A stretch of DNA of 32,000 nucleotides from Candidatus Saccharimonadota bacterium. Lineage in GTDB: Bacteria > Pseudomonadota > Gammaproteobacteria > Enterobacterales > Enterobacteriaceae. Every line of letters begins with the position of its first letter. Position 1 is the stretch's first letter. Shown here piece by piece: positions 1 to 11,019 of this stretch. Made by a program: the position numbers and the translations under genes. The notes under the pieces were generated by a model that saw only the letters and a program-made list of their open reading frames with translations, was not told the DNA's origin and made no database searches. The DNA is taken from positions 60,001-92,000 of the forward strand of contig NZ_OZ060402.1 of the NCBI RefSeq assembly GCF_964059045.1, read 5' to 3'.

Positions 1-456
1 ATATTAATCATATAATATTTTTAAATTTATTTTTAGTTATATTTTTCATTGATAGATATATTTTAATATAAAAATTTCATTTTGATTACAATATAAATTA
101 TTTTTTATTTTATTAATTCAAAAAATTATTTATTAATTAAAATTATTGATTATTTTAAAAAATTAAAAAAGTATATATCATAATATGATATATAATAATA
201 TTTAATATTATATGATTCAATACATATAATATATTATTTGATATGATATGTTATTTTTTTATATTTTTATATTTATTCTATAATTCTTTTTGATTTATTT
301 TTGAATACTAATTTTAATTAGTTTATTTTTATAAAATGTTTTGATCAATGATAATATTAATTAAATGATTAAAAATTGATATAATTTTATTTTTTTATTT
401 TTAATAGTTATATTTATATTTTTAATGAAAATATATTCAAATAGGAATAATATTTT

Positions 457-1692
457 ATGGAAATATATTTAGTTGGTGGAGCTGTTCGGGATAGTTTATT
501 AAATTTACCTATAAAAGATAAGGACTGGGTTGTTGTTGGAGCTACTATAGAGATATTATTAAAACTTAATTTTCAACAAGTAGGAAAAGAATTTCCGGTT
601 TTTTTACATCCAGTCAGTCATGAAGAATATGCTTTGGCCAGAACTGAATATAAATCAGGTAAAGGATATTACGGATTTAAAACAAATTTTTCTCCAGAAG
701 TAACGTTATATGATGATTTAATGCGAAGAGATTTAACTATAAATGCTATTGCTAAAAATATGTTTGGTGATTTCATAGATCCATATTTTGGTAGATTGGA
801 TTTAAAAAATAGAATTTTAAGACATGTATCACCTGCTTTTGTAGATGATCCTTTACGAGTTTTAAGAGTGGCTCGTTTTGCTGCTACTTTATCTCATCTA
901 GGTTTTTCTATTGCAGAAGAAACGTTATTGCTAATGGAATCAATAGTAAAAAAAAGAGAATTATTATTTTTACAGTCAAATAGAATTTGGAAGGAAACAG
1001 AAAAAGCATTAATAACTAATAATCCTCATGTATATTTTCAGGTATTATATGCATGTAATGCTTTAATGATTATATTTCCAGAAATTAATCAATTATTTAA
1101 TGTTGGAATGTTTCATTTTTTATCTGATATTATTGTACTAAATATTGATTTGTTTAAACATGTATCTTTAGTATCAAAAAAAACAACAGATTTAGATGTA
1201 AGATTTTCCTGTTTGTTTCAATGTATATATTTTAAAAATAATGTTATAAATTTGTTTGATGAAAATAAGAATTTATATATTTATAATTATATTTTATTAA
1301 TTAAAAAATTTTTTAAACGTTTTAATATCCCTATTTATATTCGAGATTTAGTATTATTAATTATTAAATATCATTCTTTTATGATAAATATTATATATTT
1401 TAATTCTTATGATATTGTATTATTTTTAAGTAAAATTGACTCATGGAGAAAACCGATTAGAATTAAAAAATTATCTGTATTGATAAATTCATATTGCAAA
1501 TTAAATGTGAATAATAGATCTAAAAATATATTACCAGGAGATTTTTTAACTATTGCATATTCTATTACATCAACTATATCTGCTAAATCAATTTTACATT
1601 TAGGATTAAAAGGCATTCAAATAAGAAACGAATTAATTCGTTTAAGATCTATAAAATTAAATTTATGGAGAAAACAGTTTTTATTAAAATGA
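457..1692 (+). CDS. cca: CCA-adding tRNA nucleotidyltransferase; the polymerase head is conserved and the C-terminal HD region is degenerate
   Basis: 411-aa [32 protein letters not shown] and [12 protein letters not shown] match E. coli Cca almost residue for residue. Length is close to E. coli (about 412 aa). Confidence 0.93.
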   Translation: MEIYLVGGAVRDSLLNLPIKDKDWVVVGATIEILLKLNFQQVGKEFPVFLHPVSHEEYALARTEYKSGKGYYGFKTNFSPEVTLYDDLMRRDLTINAIAKNMFGDFIDPYFGRLDLKNRILRHVSPAFVDDPLRVLRVARFAATLSHLGFSIAEETLLLMESIVKKRELLFLQSNRIWKETEKALITNNPHVYFQVLYACNALMIIFPEINQLFNVGMFHFLSDIIVLNIDLFKHVSLVSKKTTDLDVRFSCLFQCIYFKNNVINLFDENKNLYIYNYILLIKKFFKRFNIPIYIRDLVLLIIKYHSFMINIIYFNSYDIVLFLSKIDSWRKPIRIKKLSVLINSYCKLNVNNRSKNILPGDFLTIAYSITSTISAKSILHLGLKGIQIRNELIRLRSIKLNLWRKQFLLK

Positions 1693-1715
1693 TAAAAAAT
1701 ATTTTTTATCATTTT
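1686..1715. terminator. 30-bp perfect AT-only palindrome overlapping the cca stop codon; candidate 3' hairpin or terminator
   Basis: aaaatgataaaaaat (1686-1700) is the exact reverse complement of attttttatcatttt (1701-1715). The TGA stop of cca (1690-1692) lies inside it. Confidence 0.3.
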
Positions 1716-1829
1716 TGAACATAAAAATATATTAATTAAATTTTTTTAATAAAAAATTTTATTTAATTTTAGTCCTAATCATTATTTATTGTTGATTGTT
1801 TATACACATTTAATAAATTAAATTAATTC

Positions 1830-1868
1830 AAGCAGTTAAATGATATTATATAATTCGTTTAACTGCTT
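1830..1868 (-). terminator. Candidate rho-independent terminator of the ptsH-ptsI-crr operon
   Basis: aagcagttaaa (1830-1840) pairs perfectly with tttaactgctt (1858-1868). The stem contains G/C, which is rare here. It starts 9 nt past the crr stop on the minus strand and is followed by a U-rich tail (GAAUUAAUUUAAUUUAUU). Confidence 0.55.
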
Positions 1869-1877
1869 AAAACTCTA

Positions 1878-2384
1878 TTATTTTTTTACATACATTATAA
1901 TAGTTATGCCAGCAATAACTTTTCCTTTCACTTTTTTTAATTCTATAATTTCATCCATATTTGAAATAATTACAGGTGTAATAGTTGATTTTGCATTTTT
2001 TTCTAAAAATGATAGATTGTATTTTAGTATTAAATCTCCTTTTTTTACTTTTTGTCCTTCTTCTGCAATTTGAGTAAATCCTTCACCTTTTAATTTGATT
2101 GTATCAATTCCGAAATGCACAAACATTTCAAGATCACTATTTTCAGATTCTATAGAAAATGCATGTTTAGTTTTAAAAATTTTTCCGATAGTTCCATTTA
2201 TGGGTGCTAAAATTTGATCACCAGATGGTTTGATAGCTATTCCATCTCCAGCAATTTTTTCTGAAAAAACAGGATCTGGAACTGTTTCAAGATCTACAAT
2301 ATAACCTGATATTGGAGATATAATTTCTAATTGCTTAAAGGTATTGTTTTTTTTTTTACCAAATAAATTAGAAAATATGCCCAT
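1878..2384 (-). CDS. crr: PTS glucose-specific enzyme IIA component
   Basis: 168-aa ORF. ...PDPVFSEKIAGDGIAIKPSG...HAFSIES...FVHFGIDT..LKGEGF...TPVIISNMDEI aligns along the whole length of E. coli Crr (169 aa). Confidence 0.95.
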   Translation of the reverse strand: MGIFSNLFGKKKNNTFKQLEIISPISGYIVDLETVPDPVFSEKIAGDGIAIKPSGDQILAPINGTIGKIFKTKHAFSIESENSDLEMFVHFGIDTIKLKGEGFTQIAEEGQKVKKGDLILKYNLSFLEKNAKSTITPVIISNMDEIIELKKVKGKVIAGITIIMYVKK

Positions 2385-2434
2385 TTTTTTGCTCCTGGTA
2401 ATAATTTTGTAGAGTTATTATATCAATAAAATTG

Positions 2435-4156
2435 TTAAATATAATTTGCATTAAATTGATGGATTAAATTAATAATATCTTTTGAAGTAGATAAAGATAA
2501 TACTTTATTTGCTAATTCAATAGCAGAGGAATATCGGCTATTACGAATTATTTTTTTTACAATAGGTATAGAAGAAGGACTCATACTAAACTCATCTAAT
2601 CCCATTCCAAATAAAATCATTGTAGCGTGAGGATCTCCTGCTAATTCTCCACACATTCCAGTCCATTTTCCTTCATTATGTGAAGCATCAATAACTTGTT
2701 TAATTAATTTTAAAACAGATGGGCTCATTGGATCATATAAATTTGAAATTAATTTATTCCCTCTATCAACTGCTAGAGTGTATTGTGTTAAATCATTTGT
2801 TCCTATACTAAAAAAATCAACTTCTTTAGCTAAATAATTAGAAATGATAGCAGAAGCAGGAGTTTCAATCATTATTCCGATTTCTATTTTTTCGTCAAAT
2901 AATATATTTTCTTCATATAATTGTTGTTTTATTATATTTAATTCTTTTTTTAGAATTTGAATTTCTTCTACTGAAATAATCATAGGGAAAAGTATTTTTA
3001 ATTTACCAAAAAATGAAGCTCTAAGAATAGCTTTTAATTGTGTATACAAAATTTCCTTTCTGTCCATTAATATTCTAATCGCTCTCCATCCTAAAAATGG
3101 ATTTTCTTCTTTAGGAAGATTCATATATGGTAAATTTTTATCTCCTCCAATATCCATAGTACGAATTATGACTGATTTATTTTTCATTGCTTTAGCAATA
3201 TTTTTATAAGCTATAAATTGTTCTTCTTCGTCAGGTAGTTTATCACGTTCCATAAATAAAAATTCAGTTCTATATAAACCAATAGATTCTGATCCGTATT
3301 TTTTAGCATTCACAATATCACGAATATCTCCGATATTAGAACTAATTTCTATTTTATGTCCATCTAAACTAATAGCTGGTAAAAATTTTATTTTTTTTAA
3401 TTCATTTTTTTCTTGTAAATATTTTTTTTTAAATTTTTCACTATTTAGAATTTCTTCTTTGGACGGGTTAATGAATATTTTATTATTAATAGCATCAATT
3501 ATTACAAAGTCACCATTTTTAACTTGACTGGTAATGTTACCAGTGCCTACTATAGCAGGAATTTCTAAGGAACGAGCCATAATTGATGTATGAGATGTTT
3601 TACCTCCTAAATCTGTGATGAATCCTAGTATGTATTTTAAGTTTATTTGTATTGTTTCTGAAGGTGTTAAATCTTGAGCAATTAAAATTACATTTTTGTT
3701 AATTTTATCAATCATGATATTATTTATATTAAAAATATTTTTAAGTAATTGATTTCCTAAGTCACGAATATCTGTTGCACGATTTTTTAAATATTCATCA
3801 TTTAAATTTTCAATAATTTGAGCTTGTCTTTCAATAACAATATGAATGGCAGCGTCCGCTGTTTTTTTTTGTTTTTTTATTAACTGTATAATGTCTTGTT
3901 CAAATTCTGTATCTTCAATTAAAAGAATATATCCTTCAAATATATCTGATTTTTCTTTTCCTAGTTTTTTTTCTGTTGTTTGTTTGATGGTTTCTAGTTG
4001 TTTTATTGTTATTTTTTTAGCTCTTAAAAATTTTTTGATTTCTTGATCAATGGATTCATAAGAAATTTGATTTTTATTAATAATAATTTTTGGTTTGATA
4101 AACAATAAAACTTTTCCAAATGCAATACCTGGTGATGCTAAAATCCCTGAAATCAT
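2435..4156 (-). CDS. ptsI: Phosphoenolpyruvate-protein phosphotransferase (PTS enzyme I)
   Basis: 573-aa [19 protein letters not shown]-terminus, [21 protein letters not shown] phospho-histidine region, [15 protein letters not shown] motif. Conserved ptsH-ptsI-crr order. Confidence 0.96.
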   Translation of the reverse strand: MISGILASPGIAFGKVLLFIKPKIIINKNQISYESIDQEIKKFLRAKKITIKQLETIKQTTEKKLGKEKSDIFEGYILLIEDTEFEQDIIQLIKKQKKTADAAIHIVIERQAQIIENLNDEYLKNRATDIRDLGNQLLKNIFNINNIMIDKINKNVILIAQDLTPSETIQINLKYILGFITDLGGKTSHTSIMARSLEIPAIVGTGNITSQVKNGDFVIIDAINNKIFINPSKEEILNSEKFKKKYLQEKNELKKIKFLPAISLDGHKIEISSNIGDIRDIVNAKKYGSESIGLYRTEFLFMERDKLPDEEEQFIAYKNIAKAMKNKSVIIRTMDIGGDKNLPYMNLPKEENPFLGWRAIRILMDRKEILYTQLKAILRASFFGKLKILFPMIISVEEIQILKKELNIIKQQLYEENILFDEKIEIGIMIETPASAIISNYLAKEVDFFSIGTNDLTQYTLAVDRGNKLISNLYDPMSPSVLKLIKQVIDASHNEGKWTGMCGELAGDPHATMILFGMGLDEFSMSPSSIPIVKKIIRNSRYSSAIELANKVLSLSTSKDIINLIHQFNANYI

Positions 4157-4290
4157 AACATTACCTTAAAATATAACAATAATTAATTAAAAAATGAAAA
4201 TTATTTCATTAGTAAAATACTATATTAATTTTTATAAAAAAAATAAATTACTTTTTTTAGTAATTTTTTAAATAATATTTATTAAAATAA

Positions 4291-4548
4291 TTATTTTAAT
4301 ATTGATAATAATTTTTCTAAATGTTCTACAGCTATTTTTTCATCTTTGCCTTCTGCAGATAAAATAATTTGACTTCCTTGTGTTAATCCTAATGTTTGTA
4401 GTTTAAATAAACTTTTTGCATTCACAGTCTTTCCATTAGCTTCTATATTAATTTCGGAATGAAAATTTTTAGCTTCTTTTACAAATTGCGCAGCAGGACG
4501 GATATGTAGTCCATGGGGTGATAATATTGTTATAGTTTTTTGAAACAT
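4291..4548 (-). CDS. ptsH: Phosphocarrier protein HPr
   Basis: 85-aa ORF with [27 protein letters not shown] (active-site His15 context) and the Ser46 context [12 protein letters not shown]. Same length as E. coli HPr. Confidence 0.95.
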   Translation of the reverse strand: MFQKTITILSPHGLHIRPAAQFVKEAKNFHSEINIEANGKTVNAKSLFKLQTLGLTQGSQIILSAEGKDEKIAVEHLEKLLSILK

Positions 4549-4576
4549 TATTTATCCTTTTATATTCATATATTTA

Positions 4577-4601
4577 AAATTTATTAATACTTAATAAATT
4601 T
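4577..4601 (-). terminator. AT-only hairpin between cysK and ptsH; possible cysK terminator or attenuator
   Basis: aaatttattaa (4577-4587) and ttaataaattt (4591-4601) are perfect reverse complements with a 3-nt loop. Confidence 0.25.
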
Positions 4602-4701
4602 ATTAAAATTAATTTAAAATAATAAAATGAAGTAAAATATTTTTTTAAAATTATATACATTTTTTTTCAGTCTACAATATTTATATATATTAATTATTTT
4701 T

Positions 4702-5658
4702 TTATATTTGTATTTCTGAAAATAAATTTGTACTTAAATATCGTTCTCCAGAAGAAGGAAGAATCACAACAATTTTTTTATTCATAAATTTTTCATTTTG
4801 ATTTTGTAATTTTATTGCAGCAGCAACAGCAGCTCCAGAAGAAATACCAACTAAAATACCTTCTTCTTTTATTATTTGTTTTGCAGTAGCAATTGCTTTT
4901 TCACTAGAAATACAAATTACTTTATCAATTAATGTTAAATCTAAATTTTTAGGAATAAATCCAGCTCCAATACCTTGTATTTGATGAGGTCCAGGAGTAA
5001 GTGTTTTCCCTGATAATTTTTGTGTAATGACTGGTGATTCACTAGGTTCTACTACTATACTGATTAATTCTATTTTTTTTTTATTTTTTTTTAAATATCT
5101 TGTTACACCTGTAAATGTACCTCCAGTTCCAACAGCAGAAACAAAAATATCAAATTCTCCGTTGGTATCTTTCCATATTTCTGGACCAGTAGTTTTTTCA
5201 TGTATTTCTGGATTGGATGGATTGTTAAATTGTTCTAATAAAATATATTTTTTAGTATTTGTTGATGCAATTTTTTTAGCTATTTCTATTGCTCCTTTCA
5301 TTCCTTGGTTGCTATCTGTTAATTCTAATTTAGCTCCTAATGCTAGTAGTAATTTTTTTCTTTCTGTTGACATATTTTCAGGCATTGCAAGAGTAATTTT
5401 ATAATTTCTGGCAGCTGCTACAAATGCTAAAGCAATACCAGTATTGCCACTAGTAGCTTCAATAATTTCCATATTTTCTTTTAACAATCCATTTTTTTCT
5501 GCATTCCATACCATATTTGCTCCAATTCGACATTTTACGCTAAAACTAGGATTTTGAGATTCTATTTTTACAAAAATATTTCCATGTCCAATTTTATTAA
5601 GACGTACTAATGGTGTATTACCAATCGTTAAAGAGTTATCTGGATAAATTTGATTCAT
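4702..5658 (-). CDS. cysK: Cysteine synthase A (O-acetylserine sulfhydrylase)
   Basis: 318-aa [24 protein letters not shown] (PLP-lysine context), [10 protein letters not shown] and GTGGT motifs. Position upstream of ptsH as in E. coli. Confidence 0.95.
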   Translation of the reverse strand: MNQIYPDNSLTIGNTPLVRLNKIGHGNIFVKIESQNPSFSVKCRIGANMVWNAEKNGLLKENMEIIEATSGNTGIALAFVAAARNYKITLAMPENMSTERKKLLLALGAKLELTDSNQGMKGAIEIAKKIASTNTKKYILLEQFNNPSNPEIHEKTTGPEIWKDTNGEFDIFVSAVGTGGTFTGVTRYLKKNKKKIELISIVVEPSESPVITQKLSGKTLTPGPHQIQGIGAGFIPKNLDLTLIDKVICISSEKAIATAKQIIKEEGILVGISSGAAVAAAIKLQNQNEKFMNKKIVVILPSSGERYLSTNLFSEIQI

Positions 5659-6062
5659 TAGATTTCCATTTTTATTTAATTATATTTATTTATATTTAGT
5701 TTTTATTAATTTATTCTTTTTAATAATTCTCTTTTTTTAAAATAATAGATATTAAAATGTAATTGCTTATTTATTAATTTTTAATAAAACATTTTTATAT
5801 ACAAATGAATGTCTGAATTAATTATTTTACACATAAGTTTTTATTTATACATTTATTATATTCATGTATATTATTTTTTATATATTATTTTAGAACAATA
5901 TTCTAATAATAATATATAAATATTAATTATATAATTTTTATATAATTTTTTAAAATATATATTTTTATTTTTCTATTATATTTTTTTTTAAAATTAATTT
6001 TAGTTTTAATTTTCATATTTGACTAATTTTATATTGATAAGCTATTTTTATATTAATTAATA

Positions 6063-7954
<1,892 letters not shown>

Positions 7955-7983
7955 TAAAATATAAATTTTAATGTTTTTATTGT

Positions 7984-8002
7984 AATTAAAAATATTTTAA
8001 TT
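7984..8002 (+). terminator. Weak AT-only hairpin plus T-run after ligA
   Basis: aattaaaa / ttttaatt form an 8-bp stem with a 3-nt loop, followed by tttt(c)ttt. It lies 30 nt after the ligA stop. Confidence 0.25.
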
Positions 8003-8156
8003 TTTTCTTTTATAAAAAAACAACGATCTTAATGTTTTATTTCAAAAATGATTTTAAAAATTTTTAATTATCTATTGATTTTATTTATTTAATTATTTTT
8101 GATTGACTTACTATAGCTAAAAATTTAAATTTTATTTTTATAATAATTTGTTTTTA

Positions 8157-8229
8157 TGGGTTGTGCAGGATTTGAACCTGCGACCAATTGATTAAAAGTC
8201 AACTGCTCTACCAACTGAGCTAACAACCC
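8157..8229 (-). tRNA. tRNA-Lys (anticodon UUU), no encoded 3' CCA
   Basis: The reverse complement GGGTTGTTAGCTCAGTTGGTAGAGCAGTTGACTTTTAATCAATTGGTCGCAGGTTCAAATCCTGCACAACCCA is near-identical to E. coli tRNA-Lys. A cloverleaf can be drawn by hand. The discriminator A is followed by TAAAAA. Confidence 0.95.
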
Positions 8230-8241
8230 ATATGATTTTTA

Positions 8242-8314
8242 TAGGTGATGACGGATTTGAACCGCCGACATCCTCCGTGTAAAGGAGGCGCTCTGCCAAC
8301 TGAGCTAATCACCT
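8242..8314 (-). tRNA. tRNA-Val (anticodon UAC), no encoded 3' CCA
   Basis: The reverse complement AGGTGATTAGCTCAGTTGGCAGAGCGCCTCCTTTACACGGAGGATGTCGGCGGTTCAAATCCGTCATCACCTA matches the E. coli tRNA-Val(UAC) architecture. The val/lys tRNA cluster next to gltX is as in E. coli. Confidence 0.93.
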
Positions 8315-8513
8315 AAATATTTTTGAAATTAAAAATATAAAATATTATTTAAATTTAACTCGGTATATTATTTTATTTTTTTAATTTTTCTATTTTTAAA
8401 TAATTTTAAAATTCATTCTATATTTTTTTTAAAAAAAAATCAAATAGTTATTTATTTTTAATTTATTTATTATAATTATACTATATTAATTATATTCGTT
8501 AATTTGAATACAT

Positions 8514-9926
8514 ATGAAAATTAAAACTCGTTTTTCACCTAGTCCTACTGGTAATTTACATATTGGAAGTGTACGTACTGCTTTATATGCTTGGTTATTT
8601 GCTAAAAAAAATAAAGGTAGTTTTGTATTACGTATAGAAGATACTGATTTAGAACGATCAAATTTAAAATCAGTAAAATCAATTATTGATGGTTTAAAAT
8701 GGTTAGGTTTAAATTGGGACGAAGGTCCTTATTTTCAAAGTCAACGTTTAATTCGTTATCAAAAAGTAATTGATTTTATGTTGCATGAAAAATTAGCATA
8801 TCGATGTTATTGTTCTGTGAATAGATTAGATAGATTAAGATCAAAACAATTATCTAAAGGATTAAAACCTAGATATGATCATCATTGTCGAAATTTAAAT
8901 AATAAAGATAATCACAAACTTCAACATGTAGTGCGATTTCGTAATCCTTTAACAGGATCAGTAACTTTTAATGATTTGATCAGAGGTAAGATTATTCATT
9001 ATAATAATGAATTAGATGATTTAATAATACAACGTAGTAATGGAATGCCAACTTATAATTTTGTTGTAGTTATTGATGATGTTGATATGGATATTACACA
9101 TGTTATTCGAGGAGAAGACCATGTTAGTAATACTCCTAGACAAATTAATATTTTTAATGCTTTATCAAAAAAAGAACCTGTATATGCTCATGTTTCAATG
9201 ATTTTAAATCATGAAGGTAAAAAATTATCTAAACGAGATGTTAATGTTAGTAATATTATACATTTTCGTGAATTAGGATTTTTACCTGAATCTATTTTGA
9301 ATTATTTAGTACGGTTAGGCTGGTCTTATGGTAATCAAGAATTGTTTACTATGAATGAAATGATAGAATTTTTTTCTTTTGATAATATTAACAATTCAGC
9401 TAGTATTTTTAATATTGATAAAATGTTATGGTATAATAATTATTACATCAATAATTTACCAAAAGAATATATTATTAATTTATTGCATAAATGTTTTGAA
9501 AAAGAAAAAATAGATACTCATTCAGGACCTAATATGATTGATTTAATAACTATAATGGGCCCTAGATGTAATACTTTAAAAAAGATTGTTGATGATTCTA
9601 TATATTTTTATGTACAAGAGATTGATTATGATTTAAATCAAATTAAATTATATTTAGATAAATATTCTATCTTGATTTTAAAAATGATGTATAAAAAAAT
9701 TTTTTTAATGGTAGATTGGAATTTAAATAATTTATCTGGTGTTATTAAAGAATGTACAATACAATTAAAAATATCGTTTAAAAAAGCAGCAACAATTTTA
9801 AGGTTAGCTCTTTCTGGAAAAATATATACACCTAGTATAAGTTTAGTATTATACTACATTGGAAAAAAAAGATCTTTAATTCGTATTAAAGATTTTTTGT
9901 TAAAAATTAATGATTTAAATTTTTAA
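8514..9926 (+). CDS. gltX: Glutamyl-tRNA synthetase
   Basis: 470-aa ORF. MKIKTRFSPSPTGNLHIGSVRTALY (HIGH-type motif), KLSKR (KMSKS-type motif), YRCYCS...HHCRN Cys cluster. E. coli GluRS is 471 aa. Confidence 0.96.
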   Translation: MKIKTRFSPSPTGNLHIGSVRTALYAWLFAKKNKGSFVLRIEDTDLERSNLKSVKSIIDGLKWLGLNWDEGPYFQSQRLIRYQKVIDFMLHEKLAYRCYCSVNRLDRLRSKQLSKGLKPRYDHHCRNLNNKDNHKLQHVVRFRNPLTGSVTFNDLIRGKIIHYNNELDDLIIQRSNGMPTYNFVVVIDDVDMDITHVIRGEDHVSNTPRQINIFNALSKKEPVYAHVSMILNHEGKKLSKRDVNVSNIIHFRELGFLPESILNYLVRLGWSYGNQELFTMNEMIEFFSFDNINNSASIFNIDKMLWYNNYYINNLPKEYIINLLHKCFEKEKIDTHSGPNMIDLITIMGPRCNTLKKIVDDSIYFYVQEIDYDLNQIKLYLDKYSILILKMMYKKIFLMVDWNLNNLSGVIKECTIQLKISFKKAATILRLALSGKIYTPSISLVLYYIGKKRSLIRIKDFLLKINDLNF

Positions 9927-9975
9927 ATAATTTCATATTTTGATAATGAACATGTTTATTTATTAATTCTTTGTG

Positions 9976-10018
9976 TAAATATTTTAATAATAATTTATTA
10001 ATTTAATTAAAATATTTA
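9976..10018 (+). terminator. AT-only hairpin after gltX (13-bp perfect stem, 17-nt loop)
   Basis: taaatattttaat (9976-9988) is the exact reverse complement of attaaaatattta (10006-10018). It lies 50 nt past the gltX stop. Confidence 0.3.
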
Positions 10019-10051
10019 TATTTTATATATTTTAATATTATTTTTCATCAT

Positions 10052-10125
10052 GGGGTTGTAGCTTATTTTGGAAAAGCATTTGCATGGCATGCAAAAGATT
10101 AGCGGTTCGAATCCGCTCAACTCCA
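10052..10125 (+). tRNA. tRNA-Ala (anticodon GGC), no encoded 3' CCA
   Basis: GGGGTTGTAGCTT...TTTGCATGGCATGCAAA...AGCGGTTCGAATCCGCTCAACTCCA. The G3:U70 alanine identity pair is present and the anticodon loop is AT-GGC-AT. The discriminator A is followed by CAA. Confidence 0.92.
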
Positions 10126-10382
10126 CAATTTATTAGAATAATAATATTTTAAAATATATTTGTTTTTTTTTAAAATTTTTACTCAAAACTCATTTTTTAA
10201 TCCAATATTTTATTATTGATAGATTTTTATCAAAAATAGATAATCTATAATTTTTTTTATTATTCATCATTTATTTATTAATAATTAAATTATTTTTTTA
10301 AATTTATGATTATTAATTTTTATGTATTATATTTTCAATTAAACATATTTAATAATTAGTATCAATGAATTTAATTATTAAT

Positions 10383-10420
10383 AAATGATTCACTGATATT
10401 GAAATATCAGTGAATCATTT
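10383..10420. terminator. 17-bp perfect hairpin between tRNA-Ala and the fliE 3' end; candidate bidirectional terminator
   Basis: aaatgattcactgatat (10383-10399), loop tgaa, atatcagtgaatcattt (10404-10420). It contains several G/C pairs and lies 46 nt past the fliE stop on the minus strand. Confidence 0.45.
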
Positions 10421-10465
10421 AATGAGTATATAACAGCAAGAATTTAAATGATATCAAAGATTACT

Positions 10466-10780
10466 TTATAATTGTAAATTCATGATATCTTGATAAGCGG
10501 AAAGGAGTTTGTTTCGAATTTGTACAGCTAATTGTATTGATAATGATGACTTTTCTATATCTAACATAATGTTATGTAGTGATTGTCCTTCATGATTTAG
10601 TAAAAATTTTTCAGCATTGTTTTGTGTTTTTTTTTGAAAATCAATTATTTTTTCTAGTTCCAATTTAAATTTAGGAAGTTTAACAGATGGTTCAGTAAGA
10701 GTAAAATTATTATTGATAATTGAGTTTTGTGAATTTATTTTATCTATATTATCGTTTATTTTTAGACCTGCAATTAACAT
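10466..10780 (-). CDS. fliE: Flagellar hook-basal body complex protein FliE (the ORF track's longer version starts at 10825)
   Basis: The C-terminus ...QLAVQIRNKLLSAYQDIMNLQL matches E. coli FliE (...IQVRNKLVAAYQEVMSMQV). The ATG at 10780 is preceded by AGAGGAAATT (strong SD, 5-nt spacing) and gives 104 aa, the same as E. coli. The ATG at 10825 has no SD. Confidence 0.85.
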   Translation of the reverse strand: MLIAGLKINDNIDKINSQNSIINNNFTLTEPSVKLPKFKLELEKIIDFQKKTQNNAEKFLLNHEGQSLHNIMLDIEKSSLSIQLAVQIRNKLLSAYQDIMNLQL

Positions 10781-11008
10781 AATTTCCTCTTTAATGTTTT
10801 GATTGATTTTTTTATTTAGATGCATAGTAACATATTTATATATAAAAAATCTTTATTTTAATATTAAAAAAAAATAAATTTTATATTAATTCATTTTTGT
10901 AAAATATATAAAAATTGATAATATATGATTTTTAAAAAAATTGGTTATAGATATTATTTTTTAATTAGTATCTTAGTAAATTTAAAATATATTGTTATTG
11001 TTATCGAT

Positions 11009-11014
11009 AGGGAG
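11009..11014 (+). promoter_or_regulatory. Shine-Dalgarno sequence of fliF
   Basis: AGGGAG lies 5 nt upstream of the ATG at 11020. It is one of the few purine/G-rich hexamers in the spacer. Confidence 0.6.
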
Positions 11015-11019
11015 ATTTC

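Noticed and set aside
1-456. Long AT-rich leader region considered as a replication origin or hidden gene, with short palindromes such as atatatcat/atgatatat near 172-192
   Set aside because: I could find no DnaA-box-like TTATCCACA motifs. There is no ORF, and palindromes of this size are expected by chance at this composition.
1407-1616. 69-aa minus-strand ORF inside cca
   Set aside because: It is antisense to a well-supported gene, has low-complexity AT-driven composition and has no recognisable motif. Such shadow ORFs are expected in AT-rich DNA.
1840-2073. 77-aa plus-strand ORF overlapping the crr 3' end
   Set aside because: It is antisense to crr and starts inside the crr terminator hairpin. 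Its hydrophobic, F/I-rich sequence is typical of reverse-strand translation of AT-rich genes.
3846-4046. 66-aa plus-strand ORF inside ptsI
   Set aside because: It is antisense to a highly conserved gene and I recognise no homology.
5027-5404. 125-aa plus-strand ORF inside cysK
   Set aside because: It is antisense to cysK. It stays open only because the cysK codons lack reverse-complement stops.
10983-11010. Sigma-28-like promoter (TAAA-N16-atCGATAg) upstream of fliF
   Set aside because: Only 5 of 8 positions match the GCCGATAA -10 element. fliF is a class-2 (sigma70) gene in enterics, and Buchnera-type genomes are known to lack fliA. It is most likely chance.
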